Below, piece after piece: positions 50,187 to 59,104 of a stretch of 64,000 nt of DNA. The DNA is from Gemmatimonadota bacterium (GTDB lineage: Bacteria; Gemmatimonadota; Gemmatimonadetes; Gemmatimonadales; GWC2-71-9). The notes under the pieces are model-generated. The model saw only the letters and a list, made by a program, of their open reading frames with translations, had not been told where the DNA came from and did not search any database. Location: NCBI GenBank assembly GCA_031382385.1, contig JANMYS010000078.1, forward strand, positions 71,415-135,414, read 5' to 3'. Position numbers and translations under genes: made by a program. Position 1 is the stretch's first letter; the number at the start of each line of letters is the position of its first letter.

Positions 50187-50794
50187 TGCGGGGCGCGATC
50201 CTCGCCGGCGGGCGCTCCGTGCGCTTCGACGGCCGGCCGAAGGGGCTGGAGCGGATCGGCGGCGTGCGCCTCCTCGACCGGCTGGTGACGGCCTTCACCG
50301 AGGCCCTGGGCGAAGCACCGCTGCTGATCGCCAACGATCCCGCGGCCGCCGGCTGGGTGCCTGGGTTGCACCCGGTGGCCGACCTCCGGCCCGGCGCCGG
50401 GGCGGCGGGCGGGCTCCTCACGGCAGTGACCCTGGCGCCGGCACCGGTCGTGGTCGTCGCGTGGGACATGCCCTTCGTCAGCTCGGCGCTGATCCGCGCC
50501 CTCGCCGATGGCCTCATCGGCGTGGATGCCTTCCTGCCGGAAAGCGGCGGGCGGCGAGAGGTGGAACCGCTCTGCGCCGCCTACGGCCCGGCCACCGCCG
50601 CCGCGATCGCCGCCGCCCTCGACCGAGGCGACTTCCGGGCGGTCGGCTTCCATGAAGCGCTCAAAGTCGGTATCCTCACCCTCGAGCGGGTGCGGCAGAT
50701 TGGCGATCCCGCCCTGCTCTTCCTGAACGTGAACACGGCGGATGATCTCCGGGAGGCCGAGAGCCTGTGGCAGCGACACGCATCATCTCGATAG
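50186..50794 (+). CDS. mobA: Molybdenum cofactor guanylyltransferase
   Basis: TGATG overlap. MRGAILAGGRSVRFDGRPKGL. Confidence 0.88.
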   Translation: MRGAILAGGRSVRFDGRPKGLERIGGVRLLDRLVTAFTEALGEAPLLIANDPAAAGWVPGLHPVADLRPGAGAAGGLLTAVTLAPAPVVVVAWDMPFVSSALIRALADGLIGVDAFLPESGGRREVEPLCAAYGPATAAAIAAALDRGDFRAVGFHEALKVGILTLERVRQIGDPALLFLNVNTADDLREAESLWQRHASSR

Positions 50795-51297
50795 TCGGCC
50801 GGAAGAACGCGGGGAAGACCACACTGGCTGTCGCTCTCGCGGATGAATTCGCCCGGAAGGGCCGCCGGGTCATGATGATGAAACACGCCGCGAATCCCGT
50901 GGATGTCGATCGCAACGGCACCGACAGCTACCGGCACATGCACGAAGGCAAGGCGGAGCGGGTGCTGGTCGAGTCGCCCGGGCTGCGCAGCATCATCGAG
51001 CGGCGGGCAGAGCAGGCCGGCCCCGAAGCGCTCGCACGACGCTACTTCGACGGCGCCGACATCGTGCTGGCCGAGGGATTCTCCACCGCCCCGCTCCCAA
51101 AGATCGAGGTCTTCCGCCGCGCGGCGAACGACACGCCGCTCTATCAGGCCTCCCTTCCCGGCGCGGCACTCTGGTGCGCCATCGTCACCGACGACGACCG
51201 GTTCGAGGCCGACTGCACGGTGCTCCGCTTCCGCGACACGATGTGGATGCAACTGCTGGCCGGCATGGCGTGGGAGCGGGCAAAGGTGCTGGAGTAG
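50767..51297 (+). CDS. mobB: Molybdopterin-guanine dinucleotide biosynthesis adapter MobB
   Basis: IISIVGRKNAGKTTL P-loop; 176 aa. Confidence 0.88.
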   Translation: MAATRIISIVGRKNAGKTTLAVALADEFARKGRRVMMMKHAANPVDVDRNGTDSYRHMHEGKAERVLVESPGLRSIIERRAEQAGPEALARRYFDGADIVLAEGFSTAPLPKIEVFRRAANDTPLYQASLPGAALWCAIVTDDDRFEADCTVLRFRDTMWMQLLAGMAWERAKVLE

Positions 51298-51364
51298 GCG
51301 CGGGGCGCGAGGCGAACCGCCCACTCCCACGCGCCTCGCGCCTGTGTTCGCTCCCCACAACGAC

Positions 51365-52618
51365 ATGCCTCCCCTCACCCCCCGCGACGCTGCCCTCCGC
51401 ATCCTGACGGACATCCGCCGTCAGCCGGCGCTGCGCGTTCCCCTCGACGACGCCCTGGATGGCGTCCTCGCCGAGACGGTCATCAGTCCGCTCGATATCC
51501 CGGCATGGGCCAACTCCGCCATGGATGGCTACGCGGTTCGCGCCGAGGATGTGCGGGGCGCGAGCGAGGTCAGCCCCAGGCGCCTCACCGTCGTCGAGCA
51601 GATCCCCGCCGGCACCTTTCCCACCATCGCCATCACGCCGGGTCACTGTGCCCGGATCTTCACCGGTGCCCCGGTGCCGGGCGGGGCGGACAGCGTCATC
51701 CGGCAGGAGGACACCGACCTCGGGACCGCGGTGGTGGCGATCCTCCGGGACCGGGATGCCGGGGTGAATGTCCGTCGCGCCGGGGAGGATGTGCGTCGCG
51801 GAGCGACGGTGCTCGAGGCCGGCACCGAGCTCGGTCCAGCCCAGTTAGGCGTCCTCGCCTCGGTCGCGGTCGCCACGCCGCTGATCTACCGGCGCCCCCG
51901 CGTCGCGATCCTTGGCAGCGGCGACGAGATCGTGGACATCGACCAGCCCGACGAGATCCTGAGCGGACGCAAGATCGCCAGCTCGAATACCCACACCCTG
52001 AGTGCGCTGGTGCGGCGGGCCGGGGGCGAGCCGGTCAGCCTGGGGATCGCGCGGGACACCCCCGAGTCGCTCCGGTCACATCTGGCCGGCGCCGCTGGCT
52101 GCGACCTGCTGATCACCAGTGCGGGGATCAGCGTCGGCGAGCACGACTACATCCGCCAGGTGCTGGGCGAACTCGGCGCCGAGCTCAAGTTCTGGCGGCT
52201 GCGGATGCGCCCGGGCGCGCCGGTGGGATTCGGGCTGCTCGGCGAGATGCCGTGGATCGGGCTGCCGGGCAACCCGGTGAGCACGATGGTTACCTTCGAG
52301 CTCTTCGTGCGGCCCGCCATCCGGAAGATGTCGGGACACACCCGGCCGTTCCGCCGGACGGTGCCGGTCCGCGTCGTCGAAGCGATCACTCTCGGCCCCG
52401 GGCTGCAGCACTTCCTGCGGGTGATCGTCGCACCGACGGAGGACGGCATCCTCGAAGCCCGACTGACTGGCCCGCAGGGCTCGGGCATCCTGAGTTCGAT
52501 GGCGCGGGCGAATGCGCTGCTGATCATTCCCGAAGGCCAGGCGGAGACACCCGCCGGCAGCAGCGCCATGGCGCTCGTGCTGGACGATCCGGTGCACCTG
52601 AGCGAGCCGGGATTCTGA
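51365..52618 (+). CDS. moeA: Molybdopterin molybdenumtransferase
   Basis: ATG 51365. NSAMDGYAVRAEDV, TSAGISVGEHDY. Confidence 0.92.
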   Translation: MPPLTPRDAALRILTDIRRQPALRVPLDDALDGVLAETVISPLDIPAWANSAMDGYAVRAEDVRGASEVSPRRLTVVEQIPAGTFPTIAITPGHCARIFTGAPVPGGADSVIRQEDTDLGTAVVAILRDRDAGVNVRRAGEDVRRGATVLEAGTELGPAQLGVLASVAVATPLIYRRPRVAILGSGDEIVDIDQPDEILSGRKIASSNTHTLSALVRRAGGEPVSLGIARDTPESLRSHLAGAAGCDLLITSAGISVGEHDYIRQVLGELGAELKFWRLRMRPGAPVGFGLLGEMPWIGLPGNPVSTMVTFELFVRPAIRKMSGHTRPFRRTVPVRVVEAITLGPGLQHFLRVIVAPTEDGILEARLTGPQGSGILSSMARANALLIIPEGQAETPAGSSAMALVLDDPVHLSEPGF

Positions 52619-52635
52619 CCCCACTCACTCTGTAC

Positions 52636-53775
52636 GTGGTCTGCACACCCGGCCTCGAGGGACTGGTGGCGGGTGAACTCGGCACCCTCGGGGTGACCGT
52701 CACCGCGACGGAGCCCGGCGGCTGCAGCGCGACCGGTTCGCTGATGGATGTCGCCCGACTCAACCTCGAGCTCCGCATCGCCACCCGGGTCCTGGTGCGG
52801 CGGGCCCACTTTGCGGCCCGCGCGCTCGGCGAGCTGGAGCGCAAGGCCGGCCTGCTGCCGTGGGCCGAATGGCTCCCCGCCGGTCTCCCCGTGGTGCTGC
52901 GAGTGAGCTGCAAGAAGTCGCGGCTCTATCACCAGAAGGCGGTGGCGGAACGGATCGGCAACGCGATCCGGAGCAGCACCGGGCTCGACGCGACCACCGC
53001 CGGCGGCGAGGCCGAAGGCGAGCCCGACAGTGCGGACGATACGCCGCACCAGCTCATCATCGTTCGATTCTACCGCGATGAATGCACCATCAGCTGCGAC
53101 AGCTCCGGCGCGCTGCTGCACCGGCGCGGTTGGCGCCTCGCGACCGCCAAGGCGCCGCTCCGCGAGACGCTCGCCGCGGCGCTGCTCGCAGCCAGTGGCT
53201 GGGATCCCGCGACACCGCTGCTCGACCCCTTCTGCGGCGCCGGCACGATTCCCATCGAAGCGGCCCTGCTCGCCCGCCGGATCGCCCCCAATCTCGAGCG
53301 CCCCGTTGCCTGCGAGCGGTGGCCCGGCTTCGACGCCACGGCGATGGCGGCGCTGCGCGCAGCCGCGCGCGCCAGGGTGCTGCCCGCTGCCCCGGCGGCA
53401 ATCCTCGGCGCGGACCGGGATGCCGGGGCGATCGTCGCGGCCCGGGCCAACGCGGAACGGGCAAGTGTGGGTGCGGATATCGAGTGGCGAGAGGCTGCGA
53501 TCTCCGCGCTGGAGCCGCCGCCCGGTGCGGCAGGCTGCGTCGTGTCCAACCCGCCCTACGGTGTCCGGATCGGCGACACGCGGGACCTGCGGAACCTGTA
53601 CGCCCGACTGGGGACGGTCGCCCGCGAGCAGCTGCGGGGCTGGCAGGTAACGCTGCTCCTGGGAGAGACACCGCTGGAGCGATCGACCGGGCTCTCCCTG
53701 CGCCAGGTGCTCACCACCCGGAACGGCGGCCTGCGAGTGCGCGTGCTCACGGGCCGCGTTCCGGAGGTCCCATAG
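52636..53775 (+). CDS. THUMP-domain SAM-dependent RNA/DNA methyltransferase (RlmL/UPF0020-like)
   Basis: CTPGLEGLVAGEL THUMP N-terminus, DPFCGAGT SAM motif, VVSNPPYG catalytic motif. Start approximate: GTG 52636 is the first canonical start after the moeA stop. Confidence 0.82.
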   Translation: MVCTPGLEGLVAGELGTLGVTVTATEPGGCSATGSLMDVARLNLELRIATRVLVRRAHFAARALGELERKAGLLPWAEWLPAGLPVVLRVSCKKSRLYHQKAVAERIGNAIRSSTGLDATTAGGEAEGEPDSADDTPHQLIIVRFYRDECTISCDSSGALLHRRGWRLATAKAPLRETLAAALLAASGWDPATPLLDPFCGAGTIPIEAALLARRIAPNLERPVACERWPGFDATAMAALRAAARARVLPAAPAAILGADRDAGAIVAARANAERASVGADIEWREAAISALEPPPGAAGCVVSNPPYGVRIGDTRDLRNLYARLGTVAREQLRGWQVTLLLGETPLERSTGLSLRQVLTTRNGGLRVRVLTGRVPEVP

Positions 53776-53959
53776 AAGGAACCGATCGGTTCGATTGACG
53801 GCCCGGGCGTTGACGGCCCATGCCGAGCCTCCTACACTTCCCGCGTCGTGAAGGGGAGTAGCTTGTCCGCCGCGAGGCGGACGGCCCATCGTCAAGACTG
53901 TCGGCCCAGCGGGCCGGCACGGTGCGGCCGGGCGGGTGGCAGAGACCACCATGCAGAGC

Positions 53960-54026
53960 GAGACCTTCAACCTGCCCCGGCGCCCCAGGCTCATCCTGGA
54001 TCGGCCCGGACAGCGTTGAAGGTCTC
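53960..54026 (+). promoter_or_regulatory. 12-bp perfect inverted repeat in the htpX upstream region
   Basis: gagaccttcaac (53960-53971) ... gttgaaggtctc (54015-54026), ending 24 nt before ATG 54050. GGGAGG Shine-Dalgarno sequence at 54039-54044. Confidence 0.5.
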
Positions 54027-54049
54027 TTTGACTTGTACGGGAGGCAGCA

Positions 54050-54889
54050 ATGAACAACGTGAAGACCGCGGTATTGATGGCCGGGATGATCGCCCTGCTG
54101 ATGTCGGCGGGGCAGCTCATGGGAGGCACTCAGGGATTGGTGCTGGGTTCCATCCTGGGCCTCGGCATGAACTTCGTGATGTTCTTCTTCTCCGACAAGA
54201 TGGTGCTCAAGATGTACGGCGCCAGCATCGTGACGGAGCAGGAAGCCCCGGAGCTGTACGCCATGGTCGACCGGCTGCGCCAGCGCGCCGGGCTGCCGAT
54301 GCCGGTCGTCGCGGTGGCCCCGCACGATCAGCCCAACGCCTTTGCCACCGGGCGCAGCCCGGCCAAGGCGGTGGTGGCGGTCACGACCGGGCTGCTGCGG
54401 GTCATGCCCAAGGAAGAGCTCGAAGGCGTGATCGCGCATGAGCTGGCCCACATCAAGAACCGGGACATGCTCACCACCACGATCGCCGCGGGCATGGCCG
54501 GCATGATCGGCAACCTGCCGTGGCTGCTGATGTTCGCCGGCGGGTCCCGCGACAGCGACGACCGCCACCCGATGGCGGACCTCGCGATGGTGATTCTGGC
54601 ACCGGTGGCGGCGATGCTGATTCAGTTCGCGATCTCGCGCCAGCGCGAGTTCGAGGCGGACCGGGTCGGCGCGGAGATCTCCGGGCGGCCGCGCTCGCTC
54701 GCCAACGCTCTCCGGCGGCTGGACCAGGCGGCGCACCAGATCCCGATGAACGTGGCGCCGGCGGCGGCACCGCTCGCCCAGGTCAATCCGCTCGCCGCGA
54801 TGGGCGGCGGCATGATGCGGTGGTTCAGCACCCACCCACCGACCGAAGAACGCGTCGCCGCGCTCGAGGCCATGATGCCGGCGCGCTGA
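54050..54889 (+). CDS. htpX: Protease HtpX (M48)
   Basis: HELAHIKNRD, REFEADRVGAEIS, TM segments, C-terminal THPPTEERV. Confidence 0.93.
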   Translation: MNNVKTAVLMAGMIALLMSAGQLMGGTQGLVLGSILGLGMNFVMFFFSDKMVLKMYGASIVTEQEAPELYAMVDRLRQRAGLPMPVVAVAPHDQPNAFATGRSPAKAVVAVTTGLLRVMPKEELEGVIAHELAHIKNRDMLTTTIAAGMAGMIGNLPWLLMFAGGSRDSDDRHPMADLAMVILAPVAAMLIQFAISRQREFEADRVGAEISGRPRSLANALRRLDQAAHQIPMNVAPAAAPLAQVNPLAAMGGGMMRWFSTHPPTEERVAALEAMMPAR

Positions 54890-55810
54890 GTGCCAGCTCA
54901 CGAGCCGATAGTCTGGCTCACATTCATCGCCGTGGTGGGGACGCTGCTGGTCATCGACCTCGGCGTCCTCAACCGTCGTTCGCATGCCCTCTCACCGGCC
55001 GGAGCACTCCGCTGGAGCGGCGGGGTTGTCGCCATCTCGCTGCTGTTCGGCGCGTTCCTCTGGTGGCAGGCCGGAGAGAGCACCGCTCTGGAGTACTACG
55101 CCGGATATCTGATCGAGCTGTCCCTCAGCGTCGACAACCTCTTCGTTTTCCTGCTGGTCTTCCAGTATTTCGCGGTCCCCGCCGAGCTGCAGCCCCGGGT
55201 CCTCAAGTGGGGCATCTTCGGGGCGATCCTCATGCGCGGGGTGATGATCGGCCTGGGCGCGGTGCTGTTGCAGCGGTTTACTTGGATCACCTGGGTCTTC
55301 GGCGGCATCCTGATCATCACCGCGGTGAAGATGGCGCGGAGCGGTGAGGAACGGATCGAGCCGGAGAAGAACCCGCTGGTACGCCTCGCCCGGCGCCTCC
55401 TGCCGGTCACGCCGGCCTACGAGAACAGCCATTTCTTCGTCCGCAGTCTGACACAGGGCTGGATGGCCACGCCGCTCTTTCTCGTTCTGTTGGTCGTCGA
55501 GTGGAGCGATGTTGTCTTCGCGGTCGACAGCATTCCCGCGGTCTTCGCCGTCACCCGTGACCCCTTCGTGGTCTACGCCTCGAATCTCTTCGCGATCCTC
55601 GGCCTGCGGGCGCTCTTCTTCGTGCTGGCAGGGGCGCTGGACCGGTTCCACTACCTGAAGCCCGGTGTCGCCCTGATCCTGCTGTTCGTCGGCGCCAAGA
55701 TGCTGCTGGGCTACTGGGTGCATATCGCCACCGACCTCTCGCTGGTGGTGATCCTGGCGATTCTCACCGGGGCGGTGGGACTCTCGCTGCTGAGGCCGCG
55801 CACGACCTAG
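54890..55810 (+). CDS. TerC/Alx-family integral membrane protein
   Basis: GTG immediately after the htpX TGA. LSVDNLFVF and DSIPAVFAVT motifs. Confidence 0.9.
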   Translation: MPAHEPIVWLTFIAVVGTLLVIDLGVLNRRSHALSPAGALRWSGGVVAISLLFGAFLWWQAGESTALEYYAGYLIELSLSVDNLFVFLLVFQYFAVPAELQPRVLKWGIFGAILMRGVMIGLGAVLLQRFTWITWVFGGILIITAVKMARSGEERIEPEKNPLVRLARRLLPVTPAYENSHFFVRSLTQGWMATPLFLVLLVVEWSDVVFAVDSIPAVFAVTRDPFVVYASNLFAILGLRALFFVLAGALDRFHYLKPGVALILLFVGAKMLLGYWVHIATDLSLVVILAILTGAVGLSLLRPRTT

Positions 55811-55897
55811 CGCACCACGGCCACGCCATCCCCCGGCGCCCGCCGTTATGATTCCCCACCAGCTCCGCCCGATCCACCATCCCCACGCGTCCGGTCC

Positions 55898-57220
55898 ATG
55901 ACACTTCTCGACCGCCTCGGCCTGCACCGCCCCGACCTGCGCGCGTGGGCGATGTACGACTGGGCCAACTCCGCGATGATCACCACGATTATCACCGCGG
56001 TGTTCCCGATCTACTACTCGAAAGTGGCGGCCGGGACCCTCACGCCGCCGGAAGCGACCTATCGCCTCGCGGTGGCGACCACGATCGGGCTGGTCATCAT
56101 CGCGCTGCTCTCGCCGGTGCTCGGCACGATCGCAGACCAGGCGGCGGCCAAGAAGCGGTTCATGGCCGCCTTCATGGCGCTGGGCGTCCTCGCGGTCGGC
56201 GCGATGTTCTTCATCGAACGGGGCGACTGGGTCCTGGCCTCCGGGCTCTTCATCCTCGCCAACATCGGCGTCAACGGCAGCTTCGTCTTCTATGACGCCT
56301 TCCTGCCGCACATCGCGCGCGAGGACGAGATCGACCGCGTCTCCACCGCCGGCTATGCCCTTGGCTATGTGGGCGGCGGGATCCTGCTGGCGCTGAATCT
56401 GGCGTGGATCCAGAAGCCGGAGTGGTTCGGCCTGCCTCACGGCGAGGGGCTCAGCGCGTCGCAGCTCACCCTGCCGACGCGCCTGGCGTTCCTCTCCGTC
56501 GCCATCTGGTGGGTGGTCTTCTCGATCCCCTTCTTTCGGCGGGTCCCGGAGCCGCCGCGGCATGGCACCGCGACGCGGGTTTCGGTTGTCGCGGCCTTTC
56601 GCAACCTCGGCATCACGTTCCGTCACCTGGGACAGTACCGCCAGGCGCTGCTCATGCTGGTGGCGTTCCTGATCTACAACGACGGAATCGGCACGATCAT
56701 CCGGATGGCGGCGGTCTACGGCACCGAGATCGGCATTCCGCAGAGCGCGCTGATCGCCTCGATCCTGCTGGTGCAGTTCGTCGGCATTCCCTTTGCGTTT
56801 CTGTTCGGGAGTCTGGCGGGACGGATCGGGGCCAAGCGCGCCATCTTCATCGGACTGGTGGCCTACGGCGGGATCAGCGTGCTGGGCTACTACATGACCA
56901 CCGCGACCCACTTCCTGGTGCTCGCCGTCCTGGTCGGCATGGTCCAGGGCGGGACCCAGGCGCTGTCGCGCTCACTCTTCGCCAGCATGATCCCGAAGCG
57001 GCAATCGGCGGAGTTCTTCGGATTCTTCGCGGTGGTGGAAAAATTCGCGGGGATCTTCGGCCCGCTGATCTTCGCGGCGACGCTGGGCATCACCGGCTCC
57101 AGCCGGAATGCCCTGCTTTCGGTCATCGCGTTCTTCGTGGTGGGAGGGGCCCTGCTGCACCTGGTGGATGTGAAGGCGGGCCAGCAGGCGGTCCGGGATC
57201 TCGAGGCACGCGGCGCCTAG
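55898..57220 (+). CDS. MFS transporter, UMF1 (Atg22-like) family
   Basis: WAMYDWANSA N-terminal signature, 12 TM-like segments. Confidence 0.85.
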   Translation: MTLLDRLGLHRPDLRAWAMYDWANSAMITTIITAVFPIYYSKVAAGTLTPPEATYRLAVATTIGLVIIALLSPVLGTIADQAAAKKRFMAAFMALGVLAVGAMFFIERGDWVLASGLFILANIGVNGSFVFYDAFLPHIAREDEIDRVSTAGYALGYVGGGILLALNLAWIQKPEWFGLPHGEGLSASQLTLPTRLAFLSVAIWWVVFSIPFFRRVPEPPRHGTATRVSVVAAFRNLGITFRHLGQYRQALLMLVAFLIYNDGIGTIIRMAAVYGTEIGIPQSALIASILLVQFVGIPFAFLFGSLAGRIGAKRAIFIGLVAYGGISVLGYYMTTATHFLVLAVLVGMVQGGTQALSRSLFASMIPKRQSAEFFGFFAVVEKFAGIFGPLIFAATLGITGSSRNALLSVIAFFVVGGALLHLVDVKAGQQAVRDLEARGA

Positions 57221-58731
57221 CGCGGCGGGCCCGCGCGGAAGGTCAGCTTCACCGGCAGGCGCGCCGCGACCGCCTCGATGGTCACCGCCGCCACGTGACG
57301 ATCCGCCGTAAGCTCGACCGTCCCGCGGCCCCGCGTCGCCTTGATGGTGCCACCCCGGATGACCAGCGCCACCCGGCCAGGCTGCTCGGTACGGGACCAG
57401 CTCCCCGTGAACCGCGCCGGCGTCGGTGCCGCAACATCGATCGTCGCCGAAAAATCCGCCGCCAGCTCCACCCGGACCCCCGTCACTACCTGCGCCGGTT
57501 GTCCGGTCACCGCCAGCGTGCCGCCGCCCTTCGCCGAATCCGACAGCGCATTCAACTGGCCGGCGGTATCCGACGGCAGCTTCCCAGGCTTCCGGCCCCG
57601 GAAGGCGATCACCCAGGTCCCGGCCGCACTGCGTCCGGTGAGATCCGCCTGCGTAAAGCTCTTGCCGTCGCGCAACAGCAGCGTGCCCGTCCCGCTCGTG
57701 CCACCCTTGCCGAAGCCTTCGGTGATTTTCAGATCGATCGTCGCGCTGAGACCGCGCTGGGTCCAGGTCCCACCCAAAGAGATGCGCTCCTCGGCGCCCT
57801 GAATTGACAGGGTGGCTCGGCCATCCCGGCGGAGATCCGCCCGCGCGGCAACCAGCGTACCGGTCGTTCGGCCATTGACGCGGATGTCGCCCTCCCCGAC
57901 CATGGTCACCGCCAGCTTCTCCAGCGCCTTCCCGAAGCTCGCATCATCGGTGGCGTCCTCGTCGGTGCCCTCGAGCGGCAGCCCGGAGGCATCGAAGGTG
58001 AGGATGAACGGATCGCCCCGCACTGTGCCGCTGAGGTTGATCTTGTCCCACCCGTTCTTGCGCGACGTCGTGATCGAGCCGCTGACCTCGGCGTCATCGT
58101 TGCCGTAGCCGTCGAAGTCGACGGTCAGGCTCGGGCTGGTGAGCGAACCGGTCCAGCGCCCGGTGAGGGTATACCGGCTCCTGCCCCACACCCGGAGCTG
58201 TGCTGTGCCGTTGCGCAGCACTTTCAGGCGCCCCTGATTGAGTCGTTCGCTTTCGTCTCCAAGCGTCATCATTCCTTCGCCACCACGGGTCGTGGTGAAC
58301 TGACCCAGGCTCAGGTCGATGTTCGTGGTGACTCCTCTGCCATCGCCACCCCGCGCGCCGAAGGCGAGGGTGAAGTCCCCGTCCCGATTCGATCCCTCGA
58401 AGTTCACCCGGTCGATCGCCGAGGTCCCCCGGAGGTCGGCGCGACCGCTGCCACGGGCCGAGCGGCCAAAGGCACCGTTGATCCGGAGGTTGATCTGACC
58501 ATCAGCGGGATTTCCCGACCAGGTCCCCGCAAAGCTCCAGGTTTGCCGGCCGTGCCCCACCTCGACGGCGAGGATGTTGCCCGCATCCAGCGTGAGGCGC
58601 ACCCGGTCGATCTCCTGGGTGGCGATCCCGTCTCCGGTGACGAGCTCGCCGTTGCCGGTGCTTTCGTAGACTCCAGCCTGCGCCAGCAGCGGGGTGGAGA
58701 GGAGCAGGAGGGCCAAGGGGAAGCGGAGCAT
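57217..58731 (-). CDS. Secreted hypothetical protein with four internal ~120-aa repeats
   Basis: Signal MLRFPLALLLLSTPLLAQA (ATG 58731; 58758 is an alternative). Recurring ..(F/L)(A/T/G)G(T/R/S)W(S/T).. then ..(L/I/V/K)(A/T)F(G/D/R).. blocks at about 120-aa spacing. Confidence 0.75.
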   Translation of the reverse strand: MLRFPLALLLLSTPLLAQAGVYESTGNGELVTGDGIATQEIDRVRLTLDAGNILAVEVGHGRQTWSFAGTWSGNPADGQINLRINGAFGRSARGSGRADLRGTSAIDRVNFEGSNRDGDFTLAFGARGGDGRGVTTNIDLSLGQFTTTRGGEGMMTLGDESERLNQGRLKVLRNGTAQLRVWGRSRYTLTGRWTGSLTSPSLTVDFDGYGNDDAEVSGSITTSRKNGWDKINLSGTVRGDPFILTFDASGLPLEGTDEDATDDASFGKALEKLAVTMVGEGDIRVNGRTTGTLVAARADLRRDGRATLSIQGAEERISLGGTWTQRGLSATIDLKITEGFGKGGTSGTGTLLLRDGKSFTQADLTGRSAAGTWVIAFRGRKPGKLPSDTAGQLNALSDSAKGGGTLAVTGQPAQVVTGVRVELAADFSATIDVAAPTPARFTGSWSRTEQPGRVALVIRGGTIKATRGRGTVELTADRHVAAVTIEAVAARLPVKLTFRAGPPR

Positions 58732-58757
58732 GGTGAGCCGGGGTGAGAGGGGAGCCA

Positions 58758-58814
58758 TCAGCCGTCAGCCGTCAGCCGCCAGACAACGACGTATCGCTGA
58801 CGGCTGACGGCTGA
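58758..58814. repeat. Perfect 19-bp hairpin made of inverted CAGCCGT heptamers
   Basis: tcagccgtcagccgtcagc (58758-58776), 19-nt loop, gctgacggctgacggctga (58796-58814). Confidence 0.95.
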
Positions 58815-59028
58815 ACATCCCACACTTCGCCCACAGCCGTCAAGCGCCCCCCAGACCGGGATCCAACCTCGGCGCCTCTTGTCCCCGCTCCGCCGCCTTT
58901 CTACCTTCCCAGCCATGTCGATTCCGACCGCGCCCACCATGGGGCTGACGCCGTGCATCACGAAGCAGCCCACGCGCGGCGCGTGTCGGCCAGTCTGACG
59001 CTCACCTGTTCCCGAGCTGACTGAGACA

Positions 59029-59057
59029 CCCCGCCGCACCATCCGGCGGGGTTTTTT
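59029..59057 (+). terminator. Intrinsic terminator inside the leader of the DAP operon
   Basis: CCCCGCCG-caccatc-CGGCGGGG followed by TTTTTT. Lies 47 nt upstream of ATG 59105. Unidirectional (U-tract only on the plus strand). Confidence 0.8.
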
Positions 59058-59104
59058 ATCGGCGGATGCCAGGCCCGCCGGCATTCGCTACCGAGAGCGC
59101 CACG

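Noticed and set aside
53780-53800. tRNA-like T-loop GGTTCGATT
   Set aside because: Flanking bases are not complementary (no T stem), and there is no acceptor or anticodon arm. No tRNA is called anywhere in the window.
58940-58990. SRP (4.5S) RNA, suggested by GAAGCAGCC resembling the helix-8 motif
   Set aside because: No GNRA tetraloop with closing stem and no matching 5' CAGG loop strand. Overall it cannot be folded like domain IV.
58860-59028. Lysine riboswitch (L-box) upstream of the DAP operon
   Set aside because: The AGAGGCGC-like box occurs only on the opposite strand (reverse complement of 58870-58877). The other conserved L-box blocks (GAGUAG, CUGAAAGG, GCCGAAG, ACUGUCA, GGAGAGC) are absent on either strand.
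58758-59084. 108-aa minus-strand ORF across the divergent region
   Set aside because: It spans the repeat hairpin and the plus-strand terminator. Composition is poor and no motif is present. The region is better explained as a non-coding leader.
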